NCBI GenBank assembly: GCA_002789955.1
Contig: PFUG01000609.1
Span: 3,635-67,634, forward strand
DNA length: 64,000 nt
Direction: 5' to 3'
From: Deltaproteobacteria bacterium CG_4_9_14_3_um_filter_63_12
GTDB lineage: Bacteria; Myxococcota_A; Bradymonadia; UBA4248; UM-FILTER-63-12
Positions 27,127 through 37,613 of the stretch are shown here, one piece after another. How positions within the stretch are numbered: the stretch's first letter is position 1; every line of letters begins with the position of its first letter. The notes beneath the pieces were generated by a model. It searched no databases and was not told the origin of the DNA. It saw nothing but the letters and a program-made list of their open reading frames with translations. A program made the translations under genes and the position numbers.

Positions 27127-28920
27127 TTATTCGCACTGGCCCTGATATTTTTCGATCCCCATCTGTGCTCGCTCCTTGGAACTTCCCGAGAGTTTGCCGA
27201 CGGCCTTCTTGTACTCATCGTATGCGGGACAGATCTTGCCAGCCCTTTCGAGGGCGTAGGCGTAACTGCCGCGCCATTTGGCGTTGTTTGGCGAGATCTT
27301 GAGTGCCGCCTTATAGAGGTCAGCGGCCTTCGAGGGGTTGGAGAGGATGAGCTTCTTCGCTTCGTCTGCGAGCTCTTCCGCCTCAGCGGGGTCGCCGCCG
27401 CCCTTAGCGGGAGGATCTTCGGCCTTGTCCTTGACGGGATCTTTGTCTTTTTTCGGCTTTGGATCGTCGTTCTTGGGTCTGTCTTTCTTCTTCTGGGCTT
27501 GCACGAGCGACTCTTCGAGTCGCGCGATCTGAGTGCTCGTGCTGACCTTGTCACGCAGCTCGTCGATCTTGTTCTGTGCCGTGTCGAAGTCTGACTCTTC
27601 GATCGCGGCTTCAGCGCTCGTGACGATGCCGGACTCGATGCATTTGACGGACTTCGTGCGCAGGCCTTCTTTGAGGATCTGGCGGGCGGTCCAGCTGTTC
27701 TCGTCGTTCACGCTGTCGATCTCTACGAGCGCGAGCTCGCACTCATCGAGATCGAGGTAGTTGATGGCCGAGTCGTAGTGTTTTTTGAGGGCGAGCTCAG
27801 CGATGATGCGATCGTATTTCGCCTGGGCGTATTTGTTGCCCGGGTCCTTGGACTGAGCTTGCTTGCAGGCGTCGAGGGCCGCCTCGAACTCGCCTTTCTC
27901 TGCGTGCTCATCACACAAGAGCACGAGCTCGTCGACGATCGAACGGTCGACCGTGGGGACTCCACTGATCGCCGGCGCGGTGTCTCGTTTGGTCTCGACC
28001 GTCTCTTGTTGAGTCTCGGCTTTCTCTGCGGCTTGCTGGGGAGTCTCTGGTTGCGGCCTGAGGATCATGAAGGCCGCCAAACCGACCACCAGCGCGGCAA
28101 TCACGGCGAGCAGGATGAAGAGCTTGCCCTTGCCACCGGGGGGCTGGATGTTATCCTCCATGAGCCCAGCGGCGAGGGTAAAGGACCACAAATCTCCTGG
28201 GGCACAGAACCGGAACCTCACGTGTCCGAGGTCGATGATCTCGCCGGAGCCCAGCTCTTTGATCGAATACGGCGTGAAGTTGACCTTGACTCCGTTGGCG
28301 CTCTTGAGGTCGAGCACTTTGAAGATGCCGTTTGCGGAGCGCACGATTTTGGCGTGTTTCCCGCTGATCGACATGTGGTCGATAATGATGTCGCACTCGT
28401 CACTGCGGCCAATTACCATCTCCGTGCGGGCCAGCGGGAACTCCTGTCCGGCGAAATTCGAGGAAATGACGACGAGGCGGCCTTGTTGCTGAGGCGGAAT
28501 CGGCTGCGGCCCCGCCGCATCCTGCAAGGCTTGCATGTCCTTGATCTGCGTGGACTGATCCTCTTCTGGTGGCTTGGTGTCGTCCTGGATTCGCAACTTG
28601 TAGTCGCCGATCAGGACTTCGTCCGGCAGATCGAACTTCTCGCGGCTATCGATCTTCGAGCCGTTCAACTTCGTGCCATAGCGCGAAGCGACGTCTTCGA
28701 CAAAGATGCCGCCATTGAGCTTGGTCAGCCGGGCATGGCGACGAGACACGTTCCGCTCGGTCAAGCGGATCGTGTTGCCTTCCTTGCGACCGATCGTAAT
28801 CTCATCTCGGATGAGCGGAACAACAGTCTGCTTCCCCTCATCATCCTCTATCACAAGCTTCAGCATCCGACGTCCTTCTTCGACCTCCATGGATGCGACG
28901 TACCAATCTCGAATTAGCAC
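27127..28920 (-). CDS. membrane protein with two FHA domains and a C-terminal TPR/coiled region
   Basis: Two FHA cores (ITIGRKEGNTIRL...VSRRHARL and MVIGRSDECDIIIDHMSISGKHAKI), one TM helix (LFILLAVIAALVVGLAAFMIL) and a Lys/Asp-rich low-complexity linker. The start is uncertain among M1, M11 and M19. Confidence 0.75.
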   Translation of the reverse strand: MLIRDWYVASMEVEEGRRMLKLVIEDDEGKQTVVPLIRDEITIGRKEGNTIRLTERNVSRRHARLTKLNGGIFVEDVASRYGTKLNGSKIDSREKFDLPDEVLIGDYKLRIQDDTKPPEEDQSTQIKDMQALQDAAGPQPIPPQQQGRLVVISSNFAGQEFPLARTEMVIGRSDECDIIIDHMSISGKHAKIVRSANGIFKVLDLKSANGVKVNFTPYSIKELGSGEIIDLGHVRFRFCAPGDLWSFTLAAGLMEDNIQPPGGKGKLFILLAVIAALVVGLAAFMILRPQPETPQQAAEKAETQQETVETKRDTAPAISGVPTVDRSIVDELVLLCDEHAEKGEFEAALDACKQAQSKDPGNKYAQAKYDRIIAELALKKHYDSAINYLDLDECELALVEIDSVNDENSWTARQILKEGLRTKSVKCIESGIVTSAEAAIEESDFDTAQNKIDELRDKVSTSTQIARLEESLVQAQKKKDRPKNDDPKPKKDKDPVKDKAEDPPAKGGGDPAEAEELADEAKKLILSNPSKAADLYKAALKISPNNAKWRGSYAYALERAGKICPAYDEYKKAVGKLSGSSKERAQMGIEKYQGQCE

Positions 28921-29267
28921 AGCGCTTACGTCATCCCAACTTTCGATCGAAATGACGTGTCTTGCAAGTTACGCTGTTCGAGATACGAGGTATTCGCCTC
29001 CGCGTCTCAACTTCACCACCTGTTGGCCGGCCTTGACACCCCTGGAAGTGGCTCGTAACTTACCGCTTTCGTTGAGATCGTTTGAGTTCGCCGAAACATG
29101 AGTGCTTCGTGCAACGTCGGTCTGATCTCGCATGAATGAGCAGTAATTTCAGAGCACGCACCACACGGATGTGACTTCAACCGTTCTCGATCGTCGAGTC
29201 AAGACTCAGCGAGGCTCTCATCTCGGACCCGACGTCCCTTCTCTCCTACCGACACGCAGAGGTTAAT

Positions 29268-30734
29268 ATGGCACTTCGCCTGTATGACACGAGTCAAAGA
29301 AAAAAACGACCGTTCGAGCCCATTCAACCAGGAAAGGCCTCGATGTACGTGTGCGGGCTTACTGTCTATGACCTCCCTCACATCGGCCATGCACGCACCT
29401 TTGTCGTTTTCGACGTCGTCAACCGATATCTAGCTCAGCGCGGCTTCGAAACTTCCTTTGTCAGAAACCACACGGATGTCGATGACAAGATCATCCGACG
29501 AGCCAAGGAGACTGGGGAACGCCCTGAAGATTTGGCGCAAAGAATGATCGACGGCCTGACGTTCGACATGAATTCCCTCGGAATCAAGCGGGCCGACGTC
29601 GAACCGCGAGTGACAGAGCACATCGAGGAGATCATCGCGTTGGTGCAGGTGCTCGTCGACAAAGGGTACGCCTACGCCGCCGATGGCGATGTCTACTACC
29701 GAGTGAGGAAGTTCGCCAACTACGGAAAACTTTCGGGGCGCAACCTCGACGAATTGGAGTCCGGGGTCAGAGTCGAGATCAACGATAAGAAGGAAGATCC
29801 TCTGGACTTTGCGCTCTGGAAAGCCACAAAAGAAGCGGGCGAGCCCTCCTGGAGTAGCCCCTGGGGGCCTGGTAGGCCCGGCTGGCACATCGAGTGCTCG
29901 GCGATGAGCGTCCGCCATCTTGGCCCCTCCTTCGACATTCACGGCGGAGGGAGAGACCTCATCTTCCCGCACCACGAAAATGAAGTGGCCCAGTCAATCC
30001 CAGCACACGGTGGAGAGTTCGCCAGGTATTGGATGCACGTGGGAATGGTCGAGATCGAAGGCGAGAAGATGAGCCACTCGCTCGACAACTTCTGGACCGT
30101 GAGAGACATCCTGAAGCAGGTGCACGCTGAGGCCCTTCGCTACTTCTTCCTGACCACCCACTACCGTAACAACATCAACTTCTCGCGGGACGCCATCGCT
30201 GATGCGACTCGTCGGATGATGTACATGCTCCGAACCTTCGAGTCCCTAGAGCAGTGCGACGCCAAATGGTCGGGGGGAGACATCGCGGAAGTTGGCCCAG
30301 TGGACAACCAGGCGGAGATAGAAGCCCTCATGCCGTCCTATTTCGAAGCGATGGACGACGATTTCGCGACGCCAAGAGCGCTCGCAACGCTCGCTGATGC
30401 CGCGCGTCTGGCCAACAAGCTCGCTGAGAAGAAGGGCAAGCTGAAGGAACCGAGACTCCGCGCCATCCGCCGTCTCAGAACGATCATGTTCGAGATTGGG
30501 TCGGGAGTAGGCCTCTTCCAAACTCCATACGAGGACGCCCTAGCCACGATCACCGCCCAAGAGATTGAGCGGCTCGGCCTGGACACGAAAGAAATTGCTA
30601 GGCTGGTCGATTCGAGAACCACAGCACGAATCGAGAAGGATTGGGCCGAGGCCGATCGTATCCGAGAGCTCCTCGTCGATATGGGAGTTCAAGTGCTCGA
30701 CCGGCCAGAGGACACGGTTTGGCGGCTGATCTGA
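29268..30734 (+). CDS. cysS: cysteine--tRNA ligase
   Basis: MYVCGLTVYDLPHIGHAR (HIGH motif), KMSHS (KMSKS motif) and the zinc-binding Cys pattern. Confidence 0.95.
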   Translation: MALRLYDTSQRKKRPFEPIQPGKASMYVCGLTVYDLPHIGHARTFVVFDVVNRYLAQRGFETSFVRNHTDVDDKIIRRAKETGERPEDLAQRMIDGLTFDMNSLGIKRADVEPRVTEHIEEIIALVQVLVDKGYAYAADGDVYYRVRKFANYGKLSGRNLDELESGVRVEINDKKEDPLDFALWKATKEAGEPSWSSPWGPGRPGWHIECSAMSVRHLGPSFDIHGGGRDLIFPHHENEVAQSIPAHGGEFARYWMHVGMVEIEGEKMSHSLDNFWTVRDILKQVHAEALRYFFLTTHYRNNINFSRDAIADATRRMMYMLRTFESLEQCDAKWSGGDIAEVGPVDNQAEIEALMPSYFEAMDDDFATPRALATLADAARLANKLAEKKGKLKEPRLRAIRRLRTIMFEIGSGVGLFQTPYEDALATITAQEIERLGLDTKEIARLVDSRTTARIEKDWAEADRIRELLVDMGVQVLDRPEDTVWRLI

Positions 30735-30747
30735 GCTGGCGTCCTGT

Positions 30748-30782
30748 TCGAGATGCCTGTGTTTCACGGGCATCTCGAACTC
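30748..30782. terminator. long imperfect hairpin (arms of about 14 bp) between convergent cysS and the hydrolase gene
   Basis: GTTCGAGATGCCTG-tgtttca-CGGGCATCTCGAAC. Candidate bidirectional terminator, though it has no clear U-tract. Confidence 0.35.
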
Positions 30783-30835
30783 GAGCAACTCACCTCGAGA
30801 GACGACGAGCTGCGCCGAGCGTAGGACTGACGGGT

Positions 30836-31897
30836 CTAGCCGAGCGCAGGACGAAACACCTGCTCAAGCCACTCCCTTATGCGTGGCCAAACCTCGATCG
30901 GCGCAGTCTTACCAATGACCATGTCGAAGTGGCCGTAGTCACGCGACGCACCTTCCCGCTCACTGAGGATGGCGGTAGCACAGCCATGGATCCTGGAGGC
31001 CGTGGCCAGCACTGCTTCCTTGGGGACCTGACGATCGGCGCCTCCTGCAAACATCAGAATCGGCTTTTCAACCTTCAGGGTTTCAGGGAAGCGAGCCCCG
31101 TTCGGCCCAAGCGCCATTCCATGAGGCTCGAAAAGCGCCGCGAGAGTGGTCAGCAACTGCGTCGGGATCAGACCAAACCCGTTGGCATGGGTTGCTCGGG
31201 CAACCCAACCCTCCACGCCTCCTGGATGAAAGTTGAAGGCGTCGATTCGGTTGGGACGTCGACCGAGTGCTGGGGCAAGACCGTGAGCCAGTGCGCCGAA
31301 TGGGATCCAGCGAACCCGCTTCAATAGCGGTAGCAGGCGTCTGAGCTTCTCGAAGTCCGTGGCCCCTGCTCCAATGTCGAGCGCGGACCCAATAGTGACG
31401 CCACAACGGATGGGGGCCAACGGGTTGAGGCTGAGGTAGGTCAGCAGCAGGATTCCCCCCATGCTGTGCCCAATCCATCCAATCTCTTCGAATCCAGACT
31501 CCCGGCGGACACGTTCGACCAACGCAGGAAGATCGCGGCTCAGATAGTCGTCAAAGTCCCACCCGTCTCTCGGACATTGACTGTCTCCAGCTCCCCGAAG
31601 CTCAGCGACGTAACAGTCATATCCGGCGTCCGCCAAGAAGAACGCCAGCGAGCGTCCAGGAAAATGGAAGGTATAGCGATTGGCCCCGAGTCCATGAAGG
31701 AGGAGCAACGCCCCACGAGCCGGTGACATGGATGAGGCGACACGCCACACAGCGAGGTCCAAGCCGTCATCGGTGCGCGCGGCGAGCCGTTTGGCTGGCT
31801 CGGCCGCCATGCCCAGCCAGCGACTCCAGGGCCTAAACGGCGCGTCGTTGAGCCGCATCGAAGCGCTAGGCACAGATGAATCAGTACGTGGTTCCAC
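30836..31897 (-). CDS. alpha/beta-fold hydrolase
   Basis: Nucleophile elbow GHSMGG and the HGLGAN pattern. The start is uncertain (M1 at 31897 or M14 at 31858). Confidence 0.65.
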   Translation of the reverse strand: MEPRTDSSVPSASMRLNDAPFRPWSRWLGMAAEPAKRLAARTDDGLDLAVWRVASSMSPARGALLLLHGLGANRYTFHFPGRSLAFFLADAGYDCYVAELRGAGDSQCPRDGWDFDDYLSRDLPALVERVRRESGFEEIGWIGHSMGGILLLTYLSLNPLAPIRCGVTIGSALDIGAGATDFEKLRRLLPLLKRVRWIPFGALAHGLAPALGRRPNRIDAFNFHPGGVEGWVARATHANGFGLIPTQLLTTLAALFEPHGMALGPNGARFPETLKVEKPILMFAGGADRQVPKEAVLATASRIHGCATAILSEREGASRDYGHFDMVIGKTAPIEVWPRIREWLEQVFRPALG

Positions 31898-31991
31898 GTC
31901 CCTCGAAGGACTGGCGAAGCACAGGCCCTGGTCGACCGTGCGTGTCCGAAATCTACGAAGCCCGAAGCTGTAACAGCTTCGGGCTTCCCAA

Positions 31992-32065
<74 letters not shown>

Positions 32066-32238
32066 GTCCCATTTGCGCGACAGCGCGAACGGTCGTAGCT
32101 AGCTACTCCAAGCCGACCGTACTGTCAATGGGAGTTTTCTCAAATCAAATCAACCTCTCTACATCGAAGACCCAATCGCCCTGTGACATCGAAACCAACT
32201 CGAGGACGATGCAGGGTACGACTGAAGAAAGCAGAGAG

Positions 32239-33507
32239 CTAGAAAGCGCGAGTGACACCGGAGAGCTCCACCAACTCGAGACGAATGCTCCGCGATAACG
32301 CCTCGCGAGCTCTGCGATGATTAGCCAGTCTCTGTTCGAGGCTGCTGTTTTGGTCGTTGAGTCTTTCGACCATGACTTCGAACTCCGAACTCTCTTTCGC
32401 GAACGCCCGCATCGCCTCGAGTTCTTGCTCCAAAGCAGCCCTGCGATCTCTTTCGCGCTCGAACTCCTCCTGGAGCTCTTGCAACTTCGATGCATGTTGG
32501 AGCTCCTGTGCCTCGCGTTGCACACTCTGATCGGCAGCAGCCCGCTCCAACTCGGAGATCCTTTGCTCGGATGCAACGACCTGTCTCTCGAGATCGGCGT
32601 TTTTTGCGGCGGCCTCGCCCCCTTGTGCAGAAAGCGTCCGAACCTCGAGGGTGAGCCGCTCACATTCCTCGGCATCTTGTCGCGCTTCGGACGCCTCCAC
32701 GCTGGACGTCGCCAAGGCCTCCCGAAGTCGCCCAAGCTCCTCCTCTAGGTTGTGCACCGAGGTGGTCCTGTCGCCCAGCACGCTGCGGAGTCTGTCTTCA
32801 CGGTCCTTTCTTTCCAAGAGCTTGTTGCGAAGTCTCTCTCGGGTCGCGACCAGCCCGTCGCGCTCGACGGTCAACGCCCCGAGCGCCGCTCGAATGTCCG
32901 CCAACTCACCCAGCGCGCTGTTGAGCTCGACACCACGGGTCTCGAGCTCCGTTTCCAACGCGGTGATACCGACCTGTAGTGTCGCCAATTCCTCGCTGTC
33001 GCGCTCGTCTGGCTGGGGGACGTCAATTCGCGAGCTCTGGGCTTCCCGAACCTCGAGGGCGGCCTGGGCTTCGGCGAGCAAGCGTCGCAGCTTCGAGTTC
33101 TCCGCCGCAAGGGTGCTCTCCTCGTCCAACTCTTCGTCGTCCGAGTCTTCTTCTGCGTCATCTTCGAGTTCATCAACGAACGAATTATCGCCTACATGTC
33201 CGTCGGTCTCGGACTCTGTAACCACCAGAGATGAGCGTCCAGGCACGAACTCCTTGGACTCCATGAGCTCGCGAATCCGGCGTTTAGCCCCAGCGATGGT
33301 GTACTTCTCATCGTAGAGAAGGCACTTGATCTGAAGCAGGACCTCGACATCACGACGTCGATAAAGGCGATGTTTCGAGCGACTCTTCTGGGGTCGTAGG
33401 ACCCGAAACTCGCTCTCCCAATACCTGAGGATATACGGCTTCACCTCGATCAGTTTCGAGACTTCGCCAATCTTGAAGTAGGTCTTGTCCGGAATGATCA
33501 CCGACAC
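32239..33507 (-). CDS. MerR-family HTH protein with a long C-terminal coiled coil
   Basis: The N-terminus YFKIGEVSKLIEVKPYILRYWESEF...RLYRRRDVEVLLQIKCLLYDEKYTIAGAKRRIREL is a MerR-type wHTH. It is followed by an acidic stretch and about 250 aa of heptad-rich E/R/L sequence. GTG start with a GAAGGA RBS. Confidence 0.7.
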   Translation of the reverse strand: MSVIIPDKTYFKIGEVSKLIEVKPYILRYWESEFRVLRPQKSRSKHRLYRRRDVEVLLQIKCLLYDEKYTIAGAKRRIRELMESKEFVPGRSSLVVTESETDGHVGDNSFVDELEDDAEEDSDDEELDEESTLAAENSKLRRLLAEAQAALEVREAQSSRIDVPQPDERDSEELATLQVGITALETELETRGVELNSALGELADIRAALGALTVERDGLVATRERLRNKLLERKDREDRLRSVLGDRTTSVHNLEEELGRLREALATSSVEASEARQDAEECERLTLEVRTLSAQGGEAAAKNADLERQVVASEQRISELERAAADQSVQREAQELQHASKLQELQEEFERERDRRAALEQELEAMRAFAKESSEFEVMVERLNDQNSSLEQRLANHRRAREALSRSIRLELVELSGVTRAF

Positions 33508-33868
33508 CGCGTTCCTTCGCTCCCTTTCGGTCGATCCTGCAAACTGCAGAGCTGCGCTCGTCCCCGCCGTACGCTCGAGGCGTTCTCAAGTGTCTGCAGT
33601 ATGCTACAGAGCCCACTCATGGCCACCGCCCGCTGGGCGAAGGCCCACGCTCTTGGTCCGCGAATTTCTCCGCAAGCCCGCGCTCCGCCTCGCTTCAGTG
33701 ACCGCCAACAGGGGTGCATTGTTACCCCGAAGGCGGCCAGTGATCAAGCGCATGATTAGGGCGCGTTGGCATTTGCGCGCCCTCCTCGTTAGCCGCAATT
33801 GCCCGATCGCCAAAAGGAAACCTGTTGGTTTCCCGGTGCACGATTGTGCAGGAAGTTTTTTTCTGCCC

Positions 33869-36349
33869 TCAGCGCTGCTCCGCGCCGATACTCGCCACGA
33901 GGGCGTTGAGGACCTCGTTGTGAGCCTCGTTCACCTCGATGTCCGTCAGGGTCTTGCCGCCCTCGGCGTCAAAAGCCAAAGGATCTCGGTACTGTAGTGC
34001 GAGCCCAATGCTCTTCTTGCCATCTGGAATCCGCGCGCCTTCGAAGACATCGAAAAGGCTCCATGACTCCAGTAGCGCTGGTCGTACTCGTTCGATCGTC
34101 TGCTCGATCCGCGCGAATGGGACCGAGGCGTCCAACAGCAGGGCGATGTCTCTCGAGCTCCCAGGAAAGCGAGGGAGCGGCTTGCAGGTAGGCAGCACTT
34201 CCTGCTCCGCAAACAACGGGTCGACGCAAAGCTCCGCCACAAAAATGGGGCCGACGACACCATGAATCGCACGCAATACACGCGGGTGCAACTCACCAAT
34301 CGCTCCGAGGAAGACTTCGCCGCGATAGATTCCAGCTCGAACACCAGGGTGCAGATACGGAGCATCCTCTGCCTTCACGTCCGCGAAGCGAATTCCAAAG
34401 CCAAACTGCGACTCCAGCAACTCGATTGCGCCCTTGAGATCGAAGACGTCGAACTCGTTGCGTGCTCGGGACCAATGGCGTTCCGGCTTCCCCCAGGCGA
34501 CGAGCGTCAACAGCGTCGGCTCGTTGATCTCGCTGCCGCTCCTCCAGAAGACGTTCGCCATCTCGAAGAGTGCGACTCCACTGGCCTGCTGCGCTTGATT
34601 GCGCCCAACCGCGACCACCATCTCAGGAATGAGAGAGGTCCGCAGCTCGGACTGTTCGACCGACATCGGATTCTCGATTCTGATAGGCTCCTTTCGCCCT
34701 TCGTCTGTGAACCCAAGCGCACTCAGGTAGGAGGGTTGGGTGAACGCGTAGTGTATCGATTCATGGAACCCCGTATGGCAGAGTCGCTGCCGAACACCGG
34801 TTTCACGACGAAGCGTCCTCCATGGGACGATGGTAGCGTTCACTGGTGGCTTCCCAATCAGCGGCTCGCGGCGCCTGGTGTGGGCATAGGCGAGCCTACC
34901 TTCGGGAAGTCGAGGTTCGATCTTGTCGAGCCCATAGCATCGTGCGAGTTCCTCGATGAGGTCGACCTCGCGTTCCAAGTCGAAGCGGAAGGTCGGGATC
35001 TCACAGGAGATCAGCTCTTCTTTGACGCTCGCTTGGATGCCTAAGCCCCCAAGAATCGTGAGCATCTCGTCATGAGACATCGTCGTTCCCAAGAACTGAT
35101 TCGCTCGAGTGACTCTCAATTCGAGCGCCCTTGGCTCGATTGGGCTCGGATAGGCATCTTCGAGATGAAGCAACGTTCCCCCGCCGGTCTTTTCGATCAG
35201 CTCGACAGCTCGACGCAGTGCGCGATGAACGCCGTTCGGATCGACACCACGCTCGAATCGGTGTGAACTCTCGGAGTGAAGGTTGAGTCGTTTCGAGGTC
35301 TTGCGGACTCGGCTCGGCGCGAAGTGCGCGCATTCGATGACCACGGTAGTCGTACCCTCATCAACCTCGCTCTCGGCTCCCCCCATCACCCCAGCAATCG
35401 CGATCGGCCCCTTGCTGTCCGCGATCACCAGGTCCTCTTCAAGGACTATGTAGGTCTCGTGATCGATCGCCAACATGGACTCTCCGGCTCGTCCACGACG
35501 GGCAGTGATCGAGGTCCCGTGGAGCTTTGCTGCGTCGAACGCGTGAAGGGGTTGCCCGAGTTCGAACAAGACGATGTTCGTGACGTCAACGATGTTGTTA
35601 ATCGAGCGGGCCCCGCAGGCCTCTACTGCGTTGCGCAACCAGGTCGGAGAAGGTCCGACGATGACGCCATCGAGGACCGCGACCGAGTAGCGCGGACAGC
35701 CTTCGGCGTCCTCGATGGACACTGAGTAGTCCGAGCGAACCGCGCTGAGAGAAGGGGGGTCGACAATCCGCAGCGGCTTCCCCAACTTCGAGGCCACCTC
35801 GCGAGCCACTCCCACATGGCTGAGACAGTCCCCGCGGTTTGGCGTGATGGACAACTCGATGGTTACGTCGTGCAACTCAGTTGCGCTGTCGGCCTCCATC
35901 ACCGCTCTCAAAGAAATGCCTGGGGCCCACTTTTCATCGAGAACGAGGAGTCCAGCCCCATCGTCTCCAATGCCAAGCTCTTTTTCTGAGCACAGCATAC
36001 CCTTCGACAGCACCCCTCGGATCACGTCTTCTCTGACGAGATCGCCGTTCGCCATTTTTGTTCCCGGGAGCGCACAGGCGACCAATTGCCCTACGGCCAG
36101 ATTGGGCGCACCGCAAACCACATCGAAGGTCTGCGCCCCGAAGGAAACGGTCGCGACTTTGAGTCGATCGCTGCCTTCCAACCTCGCGAATCGGTCCACA
36201 TGGACAACCAGTACGCTGTCGAGGTTTGCCGATCGGGTGTGGATTGCCTCGACCTCGAGGCCAAGCTGCGTAAGGATCGACGCCACGCCCTCAGGGGTTT
36301 GTTCACTGAGGTCGACCATTTGTCCGAGCCACGTCCAACTCACTAACAT
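33869..36349 (-). CDS. pheT: phenylalanine--tRNA ligase beta subunit
   Basis: 826 aa with the PheT domain order (tRNA-binding N-terminus, B3/4, B5, class II core-like, FDX-ACB). Its 12-bp gap to pheS gives operon context. Confidence 0.9.
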   Translation of the reverse strand: MLVSWTWLGQMVDLSEQTPEGVASILTQLGLEVEAIHTRSANLDSVLVVHVDRFARLEGSDRLKVATVSFGAQTFDVVCGAPNLAVGQLVACALPGTKMANGDLVREDVIRGVLSKGMLCSEKELGIGDDGAGLLVLDEKWAPGISLRAVMEADSATELHDVTIELSITPNRGDCLSHVGVAREVASKLGKPLRIVDPPSLSAVRSDYSVSIEDAEGCPRYSVAVLDGVIVGPSPTWLRNAVEACGARSINNIVDVTNIVLFELGQPLHAFDAAKLHGTSITARRGRAGESMLAIDHETYIVLEEDLVIADSKGPIAIAGVMGGAESEVDEGTTTVVIECAHFAPSRVRKTSKRLNLHSESSHRFERGVDPNGVHRALRRAVELIEKTGGGTLLHLEDAYPSPIEPRALELRVTRANQFLGTTMSHDEMLTILGGLGIQASVKEELISCEIPTFRFDLEREVDLIEELARCYGLDKIEPRLPEGRLAYAHTRRREPLIGKPPVNATIVPWRTLRRETGVRQRLCHTGFHESIHYAFTQPSYLSALGFTDEGRKEPIRIENPMSVEQSELRTSLIPEMVVAVGRNQAQQASGVALFEMANVFWRSGSEINEPTLLTLVAWGKPERHWSRARNEFDVFDLKGAIELLESQFGFGIRFADVKAEDAPYLHPGVRAGIYRGEVFLGAIGELHPRVLRAIHGVVGPIFVAELCVDPLFAEQEVLPTCKPLPRFPGSSRDIALLLDASVPFARIEQTIERVRPALLESWSLFDVFEGARIPDGKKSIGLALQYRDPLAFDAEGGKTLTDIEVNEAHNEVLNALVASIGAEQR

Positions 36350-36361
36350 CCCAAACCCCTT

Positions 36362-37426
36362 CTAGCGCTGAAATTGAGAAAGAAAGCGCTGGTCACTCTC
36401 GTAGAACAACCGGATGTCTTTGATGCCATATTTGAGCATCGCGACACGTTCAACTCCAACACCGAACGCCCAACCCGACCAAACCTCTGGGTCGACGCCG
36501 CAATCACGCAGGACGTTGGGGTCGACCATTCCGGCCCCCAAAATCTCCAGCCAGCCCGTGCGGCTGCAGACTCGGCAGCCGTCGCCATGGCAAAAAATGC
36601 AGGCGATGTCGACCTCGACGCTGGGTTCCGTGAAGGGAAAGAAGCTGGGTCTGAGCCGAACCCCTGTCCCATCCCCGAAGAGTTCTTGCGCAAAGTGTGT
36701 GAGCACCCCCTTGAGATGAGCGAGGGTTACCCCTTTGTCGATGTGCAGTCCCTCGATCTGGTAGAACATCGGGCTGTGGGTGATGTCATCATCGCGCCGA
36801 TAGACCGCCCCTGGTGCAATGATGCGAATGGGCAACTCGTAGCCGAGCATCGTCCGGACCTGAACGGGGCTCGTGTGCGTCCGCAGCAGTCTGCCCCCCT
36901 CGATGACCAGCGTATCCTGCATGTCTCGCGCAGGATGGTCAGGAGGAAAGTTCAGTGCCTCGAAGTTGAAGAAGTCCTCTTCGGCCTGGGGTCCACGCGC
37001 AACGTCGAACCCCATTCGGCTGAAGATCCCTTCCATTTCAACACGAATGGCGTGGATTGGGTGAGCGACTCCGCACGTTGGAACTCGCCCAGGAAGGGTG
37101 AGGTCGAGCTTTCGTTTGGCGAGGTCTCGATCTTCCGTCTGTTGTTCGAGGTCAGCGAGCCGTGCGGCGAAGAGCGCTTCTAGGATGGCTTTGATCTCGT
37201 TGGCGCGTGCGCCCACTCGAGGTCGGTCTTCGGGCTCCATAGACCCGATGCCTCTGAGGACTTGCTGCACGCGTCCTTTCTTGCCGAGGAAGTCTTTGGT
37301 CAGCGCGGTGAGTTCACCTTCCGTGTCGACTCCCGAGGCACGGTCTTTGGCCTCTTGTTCAAGCCCGTCCAACTCCGAGAAAAGCCCTTGGATGCTCATT
37401 TCATTGACCTGTTCGTTTGCAGCCAT
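36362..37426 (-). CDS. pheS: phenylalanine--tRNA ligase alpha subunit
   Basis: Class II motifs (HPARDMQDTL; FRRDDDITHSPMFYQIEG; GAGMVDPNVL). The start is uncertain: candidate ATGs lie at 37462, 37426 and 37399. Confidence 0.85.
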   Translation of the reverse strand: MAANEQVNEMSIQGLFSELDGLEQEAKDRASGVDTEGELTALTKDFLGKKGRVQQVLRGIGSMEPEDRPRVGARANEIKAILEALFAARLADLEQQTEDRDLAKRKLDLTLPGRVPTCGVAHPIHAIRVEMEGIFSRMGFDVARGPQAEEDFFNFEALNFPPDHPARDMQDTLVIEGGRLLRTHTSPVQVRTMLGYELPIRIIAPGAVYRRDDDITHSPMFYQIEGLHIDKGVTLAHLKGVLTHFAQELFGDGTGVRLRPSFFPFTEPSVEVDIACIFCHGDGCRVCSRTGWLEILGAGMVDPNVLRDCGVDPEVWSGWAFGVGVERVAMLKYGIKDIRLFYESDQRFLSQFQR

Positions 37427-37613
37427 CCGGTCCTGGACATACGAGGTCCACCACATAGCCACGGAGCGTTTGCGCTGCTCGATTAGCGACTGGCGAATCC
37501 ATTCGAGACACGGGTCGAAACGAAAAAACCCGCGTCAGCCCGCCCCCCATGCCAGATCGACTTGAGTGACCAACCGTCGCGGGTCCTTCCTGTGGCCCTT
37601 TGGCAAACCGAAT

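Noticed and set aside
33508-33868. Looked for an ihfA (IHF alpha) gene in the gap after pheT
   Set aside because: The only ORFs (73 and 69 aa, minus strand) are Arg-rich and lack the HU/IHF fold pattern (no GFGxF / R-x-G-R-N-P motifs). No ihfA is present here.
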